Source: Patescibacteria group bacterium (GTDB lineage: Bacteria > Patescibacteriota > Minisyncoccia > Phycocordibacterales > PALSA-1337). Taken from it: a stretch of DNA of 49,154 nucleotides. The notes under the pieces were generated by a model. That model searched no databases. It was not told the DNA's origin and saw nothing but the letters and a program-made list of their open reading frames with translations. This document shows, in pieces, positions 18,096-27,698 of this stretch. Within the stretch, counting starts at the first letter, position 1. Every line of letters starts with the position of its first letter. Where the stretch lies: contig JAZKDJ010000001.1 in NCBI GenBank assembly GCA_040387635.1, forward strand, positions 517,193 to 566,346, written 5' to 3'. The translations under genes and the position numbers were made by a program.

Positions 18096-18692
18096 ATGGC
18101 TCACCATATTTATCAAACCGAAGCATTCGTGGTGGGAACCTTGCCGCGTTCGGAAGCCGACAAGTCCATCCTATTTTTTACTCGTGAACTCGGCATGATA
18201 CGAGCCGTTGCCAAAGGGGTGAGGCTTGGAAAGTCAAAACTTTCCGGCCATTTGCAGGATTATACCTATGGCACATTCGCCTTCGTAAAGGGAAGGGATG
18301 TCTGGCGCATTACTGATGCGTCAGCACTTCCTGTGCTCATCAGGAATACCAAAGCCGACAAGGTCCGCTATGAGACCTATGTAAAAATCCTCATGCTCCT
18401 CAAGCGAATGTTGCGCGGTGAAGAATCTCACCCCGTGCTTTTTGATCTTGTTAAGAGCGGGCTTACATATTTGAATGACGTACCAACACTTACGCAGGAT
18501 GAAGCGCTAGCACTCGAATGCCTCGTTATTATCCGTGTCCTCCACGCTCTCGGCTATGTGGGGGAGAGCGCATCGACCAAAGGCTTTACGGATACTCATG
18601 AATTCTCACATATGCTTCTTCAAGAACTTCTAAAAAATAGATCAAGTATTATTAAAACCATCAATCTTGGGTTGAGGGAGAGCCATCTATAA
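18096..18692 (+). CDS. recO: DNA repair protein RecO (short form, no Zn finger)
   Basis: TEAFVV...EADK...FTRELGMIRAVAKGVRLGKSKL OB-fold and LHALGY. Confidence 0.85.
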   Translation: MAHHIYQTEAFVVGTLPRSEADKSILFFTRELGMIRAVAKGVRLGKSKLSGHLQDYTYGTFAFVKGRDVWRITDASALPVLIRNTKADKVRYETYVKILMLLKRMLRGEESHPVLFDLVKSGLTYLNDVPTLTQDEALALECLVIIRVLHALGYVGESASTKGFTDTHEFSHMLLQELLKNRSSIIKTINLGLRESHL

Positions 18693-18706
18693 AACAGATA
18701 GCACAG

Positions 18707-18734
18707 TTGACAAATCTACAATATGTGCTAGTAT
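18707..18734 (+). promoter_or_regulatory. sigma70-like promoter
   Basis: TTGACA-N16-TAGTAT with TG just upstream of the -10. Confidence 0.6.
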
Positions 18735-18915
18735 GGTGTTATGACAGGGTTGGTTTAGTGCGCTTCGCCAGGTGTTTCAATCCTTCTGTGCTGTCCTGGT
18801 GGAATCGGCTAAATTGATCAGTCTGACGGTTAGGTGGACCTGTTGTCCATTGATACCCTCTACTTGGGGTCCCCGGCCGTGTGTTCTTGTAACACGCGGC
18901 TGGGGATTTTCTTTT
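18735..18915 (+). ncRNA. candidate small structured RNA (~170 nt)
   Basis: Lies between a promoter and a strong terminator. Nested pairings: TGACAGG/CCTGTTG, GTTGGTTTAGT/GCTAAATTGAT and TTCGCCAGG/CCTGGTGGA. Confidence 0.45.
18870..18915 (+). terminator. intrinsic terminator
   Basis: TCCCCGGCCGTGTGTT-CTTGT-AACACGCGGCTGGGGA-TTTTCTTTT. Confidence 0.85.
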
Positions 18916-18939
18916 GTATATACATGCTATGCTTTATTT

Positions 18940-19209
18940 ATGGAAGACCGGATGAAACAAATCGAACGGGATATACAGGATATAAAGGACCGCAATAACA
19001 GGGTGGAGGCGGATAAGACATGGGAGGTAAGCGTTTTTAGGAAAACCTCACTAGCCGTCATTACCTATGTTGTTGCGTCGTTTGTTTTGTATTTCATTGG
19101 CGTATCTGATTACCTCATAAGTGCCCTTATCCCAACTATTGGCTACATACTCTCAGTGCAATCACTACCTGCACTTAAGCGCTCATGGCAGAACAGGAGA
19201 AAAAACTAA
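18940..19209 (+). CDS. small membrane protein (89 aa, two TM helices)
   Basis: MEDRMKQIERDIQDIKDRNNRVEADKTWEVS followed by hydrophobic segments. Start moved to ATG 18940 because the track's upstream extension runs through a terminator. Confidence 0.75.
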   Translation: MEDRMKQIERDIQDIKDRNNRVEADKTWEVSVFRKTSLAVITYVVASFVLYFIGVSDYLISALIPTIGYILSVQSLPALKRSWQNRRKN

Positions 19210-19260
19210 CAATTTTTTCCTTTTTCTACTCAATTCCGCGTGGTATTATATACAGCGTAT

Positions 19261-21204
19261 ATGAACAACACTCCTCCGGATAAAAGTAAGTTGGATGCTC
19301 TTAACACCTCATTGTACTCTCGAACGCACGAGCCAAAGCCGCTCAGAAGGGTGGTTCTCCATGATGTAAATTCAACGATCAAAGACGATTGGGAACATCC
19401 ACCAGAACACCAAGAAGAAAGTCCAGAATTAAATGAGAGATATGAAGCCCCTGGTTCATCGTTTTTTAACAAGATTCTCATTGCTTCTGCGGTGTTCTTC
19501 GTGCTGGCTGTAGCAATCGGAGCTTTCATGTTGTTTAGAGGATCAAATGTGGTTTCTGCTAACAACGTCGATATTACCGTAAGTGGTCCAGTGTCAGTCT
19601 CAGGAGGAGAGCCTTTTCAATTCGATATTCAAGTTCATAACAAGAACAACATCAAGCTTGAGATAGTGGATCTTTCACTAGAATACCCATCAGGAACTGT
19701 TGATCCTTCAAATACTACGAGGGAAATGAAGACGTTCAGAGAACTACTTCCTGATATTGAACCAGGACAGTCTCAACACAAGACGCTTACAGCAATTCTC
19801 TATGGCGAAGAGAACGTTAAGAAAGACATCAAGATCAAAGCTGAATATAGAGTTCAGGGATCCAATGCGATTTTCTTTAAGGAAACTTCATACTCGGTAT
19901 TCATAAGCTCATCGCCTTTGACGCTTTCAGTGTCGTCATTTGATGAGATACAAAACAATCAGGAGATTGATCTCACAGTAACGCTTACATCAAACTCTAA
20001 ATATCCTTTGAAAAACCTTTTGCTCAAGGGGGCATATCCATTTGGATTTACATTTATATCTTCTGACGTAAAGCCTACATTTGAGACGTCTCTTTGGGAG
20101 ATTAATGACTTGGCACCAGGAGCGAAGAGAGTGATCAAAATTCGCGGTAAACTACAGGGCCAGGACGAAGAGGATAGAGTATTTAAATTCTCAGTTGGAG
20201 TACAGAATCCTAAACAGGACAGAATCATGGGAGCGGAATTCGCAGTCAAAGAACAGGTGGTGCGCATCAAGAAGCCGTTCGTAAGTGTTAATCTTGTACT
20301 CAATGGCAACTCTTCAAGCAATGAATTAGTAAGCAACTTCAATGAACCGATCCGCGGAGAGGTCATTTGGTTCAACAATCTTCCGATTGCAATCAACGAT
20401 GCTGAGATCCATCTCAAGTTCTCAGGAGGCGCTTTTGACAAGTCGACTGTAAATCCTGAAGAAGGTTTCTATAGATCGTCAGATAATGAAATTGTTTGGG
20501 ACAAGAAGACGGTGAAAAATTTGGCAGCAGTTGGAGCAGGTGAGTCGGGCCGGGTGACGTTTACCTTCATTCCAAAGGACATGGGATCATTAATCGGCAA
20601 GCCTCTCGTTAATCCGCAGATGAATTTGAATGTCAGCGTCAAAGCAAGCCGACTTTCTGAGACAAACGTACCAGAGACGATTGATTCATCAGCTGTAAGG
20701 GTTGTAAAAATCGCTCCAACGGTATCACTTGTAACCAACCTCACACGTTCAGATACTCCATTTGAGCAGAGTGGACCAATTCCTCCTGAAGTTGAGAAGA
20801 CGACAACATATACGGTGGTTTGGACTGTTTATAACACTTCAAGCATTATCTCGAACGCCAAGGTGGAATCTTTCTTGCCTCCATACGTAAAATTCCTCGG
20901 TAAGATTTCTCCAACAGGATCAGATCTCAAATATAATCCAACTGACGGCAAGCTGGTTTGGAATGTCGGAACAGTTCCTGCATATTCAGCGGCTAATACA
21001 AACAAGAAAGAGGTAGTGTTCCAGATCGGATTCGAGCCAAGCGCTAACCAAGAAGGATCAAGTCCTATGATTGTAGATGATGTTACGTTGACCGCGGTTG
21101 ATAACTTCACTAATATTCCAATCAACGTGGAGCGCCCTAAGCAAACGCCTAAGTTCCAAAACGACTCGAATTTTAGTTCGGGAGATGATAAGGTAGTGCA
21201 ATAA
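19261..21204 (+). CDS. membrane-anchored protein with tandem Ig-like/DUF11-like beta-sandwich domains
   Basis: Single TM (ILIASAVFFVLAVAIGAFMLF) followed by repeated beta-rich units ending W-x-I/V-x-x-L/V. Confidence 0.75.
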   Translation: MNNTPPDKSKLDALNTSLYSRTHEPKPLRRVVLHDVNSTIKDDWEHPPEHQEESPELNERYEAPGSSFFNKILIASAVFFVLAVAIGAFMLFRGSNVVSANNVDITVSGPVSVSGGEPFQFDIQVHNKNNIKLEIVDLSLEYPSGTVDPSNTTREMKTFRELLPDIEPGQSQHKTLTAILYGEENVKKDIKIKAEYRVQGSNAIFFKETSYSVFISSSPLTLSVSSFDEIQNNQEIDLTVTLTSNSKYPLKNLLLKGAYPFGFTFISSDVKPTFETSLWEINDLAPGAKRVIKIRGKLQGQDEEDRVFKFSVGVQNPKQDRIMGAEFAVKEQVVRIKKPFVSVNLVLNGNSSSNELVSNFNEPIRGEVIWFNNLPIAINDAEIHLKFSGGAFDKSTVNPEEGFYRSSDNEIVWDKKTVKNLAAVGAGESGRVTFTFIPKDMGSLIGKPLVNPQMNLNVSVKASRLSETNVPETIDSSAVRVVKIAPTVSLVTNLTRSDTPFEQSGPIPPEVEKTTTYTVVWTVYNTSSIISNAKVESFLPPYVKFLGKISPTGSDLKYNPTDGKLVWNVGTVPAYSAANTNKKEVVFQIGFEPSANQEGSSPMIVDDVTLTAVDNFTNIPINVERPKQTPKFQNDSNFSSGDDKVVQ

Positions 21205-21237
21205 CCGCAGAAATCAATTAATAGTAATAAACGACGT

Positions 21238-22653
21238 ATGGCAAATCAGAATGAAATGATGGAAAAATTAGTCTCTCTTTGTAAGAGGCGAGGTTTCGTA
21301 TACCAGGGTTCCGAGATCTATGGAGGTCTTGCAGGTACATGGGATTACGGACCATACGGTGTAGCTCTCCGAAACGCCATCAAGAATCTCTGGTGGAAGA
21401 AGTTTGTTACTGATCGCGAAGATATGTACGGCGTTGATGCTGCTATTTTGATGAACCCAAAAGTCTGGAAGGCGAGCGGACACGTGGACGGTTTCTCTGA
21501 TCCGCTTGTTGAAGATATGAAGACTAAGAGGCGATTTCGTGCTGATCATTTGCTTGAGACAGTTGGCGTAGATGTGAAGGGTCTCACGATTGCTCAGATG
21601 GATGCGCTCATTAAAGAAAAGAAAATCAAAAGCCCAGACGGCAATGTTTTGGGTGATGTTCGACAGTTCAACATGATGTTCAAGACGCACATCGGTGCTC
21701 ATCAGGATGAGGACTCTGTTTCATATTTGAGACCTGAGACTGCTGGAGGTATGTTTGTAAACTTCAAGAACGTTCGAGATTCATTCAATCCAAAACTTCC
21801 ATTCGGTCTTGCTCAGATCGGTAAGGCATTTAGGAATGAGATTGCTCCTCGTGACTTTATTTTCCGACAGCGAGAACTTGAGCAAATGGAGATTGAATAT
21901 TTCGTTGACCCTAGAGATCCTGCTAAGGTGGATGCGATGTTTAATGCTTGGCACGACGAGCAGGTTGCGTTCCTTAAGGAGCTTGGCCTATCCGCTGCAA
22001 AGATTCACAAGATCGAGATTCCTGACGCCGACCGCGCGCACTACTCCAAGCGAAGCGTTGATACTGAGTTTGATTTTCCATTTGGACAGAAGGAACTTCT
22101 TGGTCTCGCATACCGAACTGATTTTGACCTAAGCGCTCACACAAATGCTTCAGGCGTTGATCTCTCGTACTTCGATGAAGAGACTAAGCAGAGATTTATT
22201 CCTCATTGTATTGAGCCTACGTTCGGTGTTGATCGACTACTCCTCGCGGTTTTGTCAGATGCGTATACTGAAGATGATCTCGGAGCAGAAGGAGAGGCAG
22301 GTGCAGAAGGCAAAGCTGATAAGCGAGTGTATATGAAATTCGCTCCAAAGATCGCGCCTATTAAGGTTGCGGTATTTCCACTTTTGAAAAACAAGCCTCA
22401 GCTCATCGAGAAGGCTCGTGAGGTTTACAAGATGCTCAAAACTGAATTTGGTAATGTAATGTTCGATGATAATGGAAACATCGGCAAGCGCTATCGACGA
22501 CAAGACGAAATCGGTACGCCATTCTGCGTCACAATTGATTTCGATACTGTAGAAAAAGGAACAGGCGTTACTGTGAGATTTAGGGATGATGGTAAGCAGG
22601 AGAGAATCGAGGAAAAAGATTTGATTCAGCATCTCAAGACTAAGTTGGTTTAA
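21238..22653 (+). CDS. glyQS: glycine--tRNA ligase, homodimeric (alpha2) type
   Basis: LCKRRGF, WDYGP, YLRPETA, AQIGKAFRNEI, IEPTFGVDR and IGKRYRRQDEIGTP. Confidence 0.97.
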   Translation: MANQNEMMEKLVSLCKRRGFVYQGSEIYGGLAGTWDYGPYGVALRNAIKNLWWKKFVTDREDMYGVDAAILMNPKVWKASGHVDGFSDPLVEDMKTKRRFRADHLLETVGVDVKGLTIAQMDALIKEKKIKSPDGNVLGDVRQFNMMFKTHIGAHQDEDSVSYLRPETAGGMFVNFKNVRDSFNPKLPFGLAQIGKAFRNEIAPRDFIFRQRELEQMEIEYFVDPRDPAKVDAMFNAWHDEQVAFLKELGLSAAKIHKIEIPDADRAHYSKRSVDTEFDFPFGQKELLGLAYRTDFDLSAHTNASGVDLSYFDEETKQRFIPHCIEPTFGVDRLLLAVLSDAYTEDDLGAEGEAGAEGKADKRVYMKFAPKIAPIKVAVFPLLKNKPQLIEKAREVYKMLKTEFGNVMFDDNGNIGKRYRRQDEIGTPFCVTIDFDTVEKGTGVTVRFRDDGKQERIEEKDLIQHLKTKLV

Positions 22654-22714
22654 TGAGATAATTGACATAGGATATTTTTAGTGTTTATATCATACATAGA
22701 TATTCTACGTTGAT

Positions 22715-23437
22715 ATGGATCTGAAAGATCTCTTGAAGGCCGTAAATGAGTCAGAAGCGCAGGCGATTAAGGCTGTGCAGGCTTCATTCGCAATGGTTCG
22801 TGCGAAGGTTGAAGAACAGATTGAGCAGCAGAAATGGCAGAAAAACCAAAAGGTGTTCGGTGCGTTTAAGCCGCCAACTTCCGTCGCTCCGCAGCAGGAG
22901 ACTCTCGTCACTTTGATTCCCGACTTTTTCCCTTCACTCGATGAAGTGAAAGGGCCAGCGCGCGGACACTTGAAACGTGCCCTGCAGCTCTGCGAGGTTG
23001 CGTCTATTCGTACGGTTGTCCAGCTCGTGATGAAGACCGAGCAGGAACTTCTCAAGTACAGAAATACAGGGAAGAAAACTATCCAATTCATTCAGTTCTA
23101 CCTCGGCCAGCGCGGTCTCAGTCTGGCCATGAATTTGGATACCAGCGAGTTGGATAAAAAGTACTGGCCGCCGCTTGAGGAACTTTTCTCGGGTATTCCA
23201 GACCAACGCAAGAAGACGTTGGTTGATGCTCTGCAACGTGGGACAAGACTCAAACTCCCAAGTTCTCGTTGGGGGATCGACGTGGATGTGCGTTGTACGG
23301 GTGACTTGTTGGTGCGTACTCGAACTCACATACTTCAGATTCCAGGCCTGGCAAAGTGCGATGTCAATCTCATCGAGCGTCGGCTGGCAAAGCACGGACT
23401 TCGGCTCTACCCCGAACCTGCGAAGAAGAAAAAGTAA
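22715..23437 (+). CDS. stand-alone protein with two RNA polymerase alpha-CTD-like domains
   Basis: IRTVVQLVMKTEQELLKYRNTGKKTIQFIQFYLGQRGLSLAM aligns with E. coli RpoA [42 protein letters not shown]. Second copy: VRCTGDLLVRTRTHILQIPGLAKCDVNLIERRLAKHGLRL. Confidence 0.8.
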   Translation: MDLKDLLKAVNESEAQAIKAVQASFAMVRAKVEEQIEQQKWQKNQKVFGAFKPPTSVAPQQETLVTLIPDFFPSLDEVKGPARGHLKRALQLCEVASIRTVVQLVMKTEQELLKYRNTGKKTIQFIQFYLGQRGLSLAMNLDTSELDKKYWPPLEELFSGIPDQRKKTLVDALQRGTRLKLPSSRWGIDVDVRCTGDLLVRTRTHILQIPGLAKCDVNLIERRLAKHGLRLYPEPAKKKK

Positions 23438-23452
23438 TTCGAACAAATTCAC

Positions 23453-23535
23453 AAACGCCGCCTTGGCAACGAGGCGGTGTTTTTCTTTTATCAAAAGTAT
23501 GAAAACTAAAAGGCAACCATTGCAGGTCGCCTTCG
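23453..23535. terminator. pair of convergent intrinsic terminators
   Basis: Plus: AAACGCCGCCTT-GGCAAC-GAGGCGGTGTTTTT. Minus: GAAGGCGACC-TGCAAT-GGTTGCCTTTTT. Confidence 0.75.
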
Positions 23536-23556
23536 TGAAAGAGCGTTGGATTATGA

Positions 23557-24039
23557 TTATGATTGTGGTTGGAGCAGTTTGAGGAGTACCTCATTTCCGC
23601 TCAGATTAGCAATGCTTTCGCATTCGTGTTGGGAAATCAACCGGAGCAAACGCGCAGCCATCACAACCACAGCTTCGTCAGCTTGCCGGGTGTATCCTGC
23701 AAATGAAAGAATGGCGGTATTGGTGCGAATTGCGCTGCCGCAACCTTTTTCGTCAGGGTTTTTCTCCGTACAACTACTTATGAGCCGCGGGTTGTCTTTC
23801 AAAAGCTCGCCATTTTGGATGGAGGTTGTGTAATATGCTTGCCGGTATTCCGGGGCGCAATTACCAAAGAAACGAACCAGAAAAAGTTCACCGCTTTGTG
23901 CGGGCCTGAGGCTGAAATAGCCGGCAGCTGGTGTCTTGACGATGTGGTAATGTGGAAGCGTGAAGACCAGGGCTTGCCAAACGCACTCAAGGATCTGGCT
24001 ATCCAGAACGTTGCTATTGAATAGGTTGTCCGGCATCAT
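23557..24039 (-). CDS. hypothetical protein, possibly a remote GlcG/HbpS-like fold
   Basis: 160-aa ORF with its own terminator. GSAIR...ILSFAG...ADEAVV resembles the GG-x-P-I...G-x-SG...D-x-x-x-A pattern of GlcG-like proteins. Confidence 0.55.
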   Translation of the reverse strand: MMPDNLFNSNVLDSQILECVWQALVFTLPHYHIVKTPAAGYFSLRPAQSGELFLVRFFGNCAPEYRQAYYTTSIQNGELLKDNPRLISSCTEKNPDEKGCGSAIRTNTAILSFAGYTRQADEAVVVMAARLLRLISQHECESIANLSGNEVLLKLLQPQS

Positions 24040-24138
24040 AATTTCAATTTTTCGGGTTTCTGCTATAGACCCTACAACTTAGACAGGGAACAGTCAATAT
24101 TCGCTTGTATTCCCCAAAAAGAGAGTTATAGTTACTTT

Positions 24139-24837
24139 ATGGACAAAAGTTTCATACAAGCTTTTCTTAAAACCTCCTCAGGCCTCAATGATTTGGGCAA
24201 AAAGTTAACGTGGGAAATTCCAGCTTCTGCTGATAAACACAAAGGTGATCTAGGTCTACTACCAGAAGATATTAATATTGGTGCATGGCAGGTGCCGACA
24301 TCTACTGCTCAGTTGCTTCGTTTCCTTATTCTCATAACAAAATCGAAAACCATTCTTGAACTTGGAACTAGTATTGGGTTTTCTACAATTTGGCTCGCGC
24401 TTGGCGCAAAAGAAAATGGGGGACATGTATATGGGACAGAAATTTTTCCTGAGAAAGCGAAATTAGCAAAGAAGCATTTCGAGGAAGCGGGTGTGAGTGA
24501 TCAAGTAACTCTTCTTGAAGAAGACATATTGGATGTTCTGAAGAATTGGAAGAACGAACAAAAAATTGATTTTGTTTTCATGGATGCTGACAAGCAGAGA
24601 TATGATCAGTATCTTGAGAAGCTTTTGCCCATCATGAACGACAATGCGTTAATTGCAGTTGATAACGTTGGTAATTACCCAGAGCATATGCAGCCTTTTC
24701 TTGAGAAATGTACATCGATGGAGGGGATTACGGTTCATTTTTTGAATATTGATTTCGGCGTACTGCTTATTTTGAAGAATCCAAACGCAAATATTTTTAA
24801 TAAGGATAACTTTATTTACAATGCTCAACGCATATAA
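24139..24837 (+). CDS. O-methyltransferase (Methyltransf_3 / YrrM-like)
   Basis: ILELGTSIGFSTIWLA, DFVFMDADK and DN motifs. Confidence 0.9.
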   Translation: MDKSFIQAFLKTSSGLNDLGKKLTWEIPASADKHKGDLGLLPEDINIGAWQVPTSTAQLLRFLILITKSKTILELGTSIGFSTIWLALGAKENGGHVYGTEIFPEKAKLAKKHFEEAGVSDQVTLLEEDILDVLKNWKNEQKIDFVFMDADKQRYDQYLEKLLPIMNDNALIAVDNVGNYPEHMQPFLEKCTSMEGITVHFLNIDFGVLLILKNPNANIFNKDNFIYNAQRI

Positions 24838-25519
24838 AAACAGCGATGTATGGAGAAAAAATCTTGATGGTGTGAACTTGAGAAGTGATATATTGGTTTC
24901 CGAAAGAGTGGTTGATATGTTGGGAGATGTGAAAGGAAAAAAGATACTGGACCTTGGCTGTGGTAATGGCAAGGTTGCGCGAATGCTCTATAGAAAGGGT
25001 GCACATGTAGTGGGAGTTGATGCTGTTGAAGATCAAATCAATATTGCCATTGAGAATTCACCGTCGCATATCGAATATCATTTGGGAGATGTTTTGAAAC
25101 TAAATGAGCTCAACCTGCCGAAGGACTTTGATATTTGTATTTCGCTTATGACATTTCTCCATTTCAATGAGAGTCAATTCTTAGTTGCGGCAAAAGAAAT
25201 ACAGGAACATTTGAAGCCGGGAGGGAGATTGATATATGGAGATATTAATCCGCAGAGATTTTTTGGAAAATATAAACAGGACGGTAAAACTACATACAAA
25301 GTCGAATTAAATACGGTTGATAAACAGAAATTTACGGTTGCATTCTATATTCACCCCATGAATTTCATACACGATGTGTTTACTGGAGTTGGATTCGAAA
25401 TGCCATCGGTTATGCATCCGATGGCTACTGAAGAAGAGATTGCCAAGTATCCTGATATTTTAACGCCTGAGAATGACATTCCTTTGTATGCGATCTTGGA
25501 TATGTCGATGAGACAATAA
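24821..25519 (+). CDS. class I SAM-dependent methyltransferase
   Basis: ILDLGCGNG, VVGVD, FD and LKPGGRL. Overlaps the upstream gene by 17 nt. Confidence 0.9.
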   Translation: MLNAYKNSDVWRKNLDGVNLRSDILVSERVVDMLGDVKGKKILDLGCGNGKVARMLYRKGAHVVGVDAVEDQINIAIENSPSHIEYHLGDVLKLNELNLPKDFDICISLMTFLHFNESQFLVAAKEIQEHLKPGGRLIYGDINPQRFFGKYKQDGKTTYKVELNTVDKQKFTVAFYIHPMNFIHDVFTGVGFEMPSVMHPMATEEEIAKYPDILTPENDIPLYAILDMSMRQ

Positions 25520-25581
25520 AAAAGCAACCCTAATCCTTATGGTTCCTGGACTCCATATCAATAGAGTGATTTAATTACCGT

Positions 25582-26712
25582 ATGAAAAAGACCCCATGGA
25601 TTGCTGTCGCCATTATAATAATTATTCTCGGAGCGGTTTTAGTTTCTCAAAAAAATAAGTCGACAGGTCCAATTAAGATCGGCGTCGCAACTCTTCTTAG
25701 TGGCGACTATGCAATTCTCGGAGATAACATTGTAAAAGCAGCAAAGCTTGCGGCAGGGGAGGTTAATGCAAAAGGAGGCATCAACGGAAGAATGATTGAG
25801 CTTACTATTGAGGATGCTGGGGTGGATAGCAAGACTGGGCTTTCGGCGGCACATAAACTCATTGATATCGATGGTATTAGGTACATAGTAGGAGGTATGT
25901 CGAGCAACGGTACTATTGCCGCAGCTCCAATCGCCAACCAGTCAAAAGCTATTATCATGACGCCTGTTACTGGGGGAAGTAACGTAGACAACGCAGGAGA
26001 ATATATCTTCAGGACAGCCAATGCTGACGTGTTGGCAGGAAGGGATCTTGCAAATTCCATGCTTAAACTCGGATACACAAAGGTGGCAGTTGTGTCTGAG
26101 GTAACTGAATACACAGCTGATATCGCTGATACTTTCAAGAAAACAATTGCTGCAGGTGGGGGAATAGTGGTAGCTTCAGAGGAATTTAAATCTAATACAA
26201 ACGATTACAGAACGCTCGTATCTAAGGTTCAAGCTGCTAAGCCTCAGGCCCTTCTTGTTCTTTCGCAGACTGGAACAAATGCCGGTAAGTTCATAAAGCA
26301 GTCTAGGGAACTTTCATTTAATCCTGTATTGTTTACTGATTTCAATTTTGCTACCAACGACAATGCCAAACAGATTGTAGGAACATTCGATGGAATATAT
26401 TTTACTGATCCTTCATACGATTCTGAGAGTGCTGCAACGAAAGCATTTTTCGATTCATACCAAAAAACATATGGAACAACGCCTGCAATTCCATTCCATG
26501 CTGCAGCAACTTATGATGGCATTATGATGTTTGCAGAGGCTTTAAAGGCTGTGGGTGATGATAGTGAGAAGGTTAAAAATTGGTTGCTCGCTAACATCAA
26601 AAACTACCAAGGTCTTATGGGTACCTACTCTCTAGATGAGAAAGGAAATTCTGATATCGGATTCACGTTGAAGGTGATCAAAGACGGAAAACCTACTCCA
26701 GTTCAGTTCTAG
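25582..26712 (+). CDS. branched-chain amino acid-type (LivJ/K) substrate-binding protein, N-terminally anchored
   Basis: TM anchor, IKIG...LSGDYAILG, NAKGGINGR, YIFRT, DYRT, AATYD and G-x-MG-x-Y-x-LDEKG. Confidence 0.9.
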   Translation: MKKTPWIAVAIIIIILGAVLVSQKNKSTGPIKIGVATLLSGDYAILGDNIVKAAKLAAGEVNAKGGINGRMIELTIEDAGVDSKTGLSAAHKLIDIDGIRYIVGGMSSNGTIAAAPIANQSKAIIMTPVTGGSNVDNAGEYIFRTANADVLAGRDLANSMLKLGYTKVAVVSEVTEYTADIADTFKKTIAAGGGIVVASEEFKSNTNDYRTLVSKVQAAKPQALLVLSQTGTNAGKFIKQSRELSFNPVLFTDFNFATNDNAKQIVGTFDGIYFTDPSYDSESAATKAFFDSYQKTYGTTPAIPFHAAATYDGIMMFAEALKAVGDDSEKVKNWLLANIKNYQGLMGTYSLDEKGNSDIGFTLKVIKDGKPTPVQF

Positions 26713-27516
26713 TTATTTCTTCAACGCCGCTGACTCCCACGATAGGTTAAATATCGTAGTCATCATTTGGTGAATTTTTTCGTCCTCAATGATTGTTCCA
26801 ATTGCATTTGTCTTAGAGAAATTCACAATCGAAACTTTGTTCTTGCCATAGATAGTGATCTCGCCCTGCATAGGGAAGGCATTCTGAGGAGCAAATCTCA
26901 TTACTGGCCAAATGGGCTTTGCAATATTGTCGTAGCGAATATTGTTGAACTTTTTGCCTTCATTAGTATCAGATACGATGCCGCGGGTAGTGATGCCAAT
27001 TTTTTCCTTGGACTTAACGTAGCTGTCAAAAAATTCTTTTGGGAGTGATTCCCAAAGTTCTGATATGTTGGCCCAAGCTAACATCTCATATGGCTTTTTG
27101 CTTGAGATGTGATCAGAGTAGATTTCCATTATTCCTTCAGTGCCTTCGTAGTAAGTGATCTTGGGCTTGTCGCCGAGCATACCATGTAAAGCTTCAATTT
27201 CAGGAAGGAGAGTCTTGGCTGTCTCGAGGGAATCTTCGGCGCGTCGGACGAGGCTCTCGCTATATTTAATGAATCGGTCAGGCTTCTGAATTTGATAGAA
27301 GAGTTTGTTGCTCTTTTCGATTTCATTTATAAGTCCGCGTACAGAAAGATTAACGAGTACGTTGTATACCGTACTTCGCTTGATGCCAGTATGGAGAGCA
27401 ATCTTAGAAGGGAAGGCGCCGCCTAATTCAAGAAGGGCAAGATAGACCGCAGATTCTTTGTCGGTCAGTCCTGATTTCTCTAACTTTTTTAAAATTGATG
27501 TATTTTTTATGGCCAT
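26713..27516 (-). CDS. TrmB-family transcriptional regulator
   Basis: GLTDKESAVYLALLELG, wHTH IKRSTVYNVL...GLI, YEGTEGI, and C-terminal IIED...FNLSW. Start taken at ATG 27516. Confidence 0.9.
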   Translation of the reverse strand: MAIKNTSILKKLEKSGLTDKESAVYLALLELGGAFPSKIALHTGIKRSTVYNVLVNLSVRGLINEIEKSNKLFYQIQKPDRFIKYSESLVRRAEDSLETAKTLLPEIEALHGMLGDKPKITYYEGTEGIMEIYSDHISSKKPYEMLAWANISELWESLPKEFFDSYVKSKEKIGITTRGIVSDTNEGKKFNNIRYDNIAKPIWPVMRFAPQNAFPMQGEITIYGKNKVSIVNFSKTNAIGTIIEDEKIHQMMTTIFNLSWESAALKK

Positions 27517-27698
27517 AACTATAGACCTAGTATAGTCTTTTGATACTAAATTGTCAATCAAAACCGACAAAATATACCATATTCTGTAATGTGGCTATAA
27601 ATAAGAGTAGTAAAGCACTGTCTGTCGAGCAAAAAAACACAGAATTGATAAAACGTGGCATAGTTTGAGAGTTAGAAATTAGCCTTATTACTCTATAT

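Noticed and set aside
18772-18939. N-terminal extension of track ORF 18772..19209
   Set aside because: It runs through a strong terminator and has non-protein-like composition. ATG 18940 is the better start.
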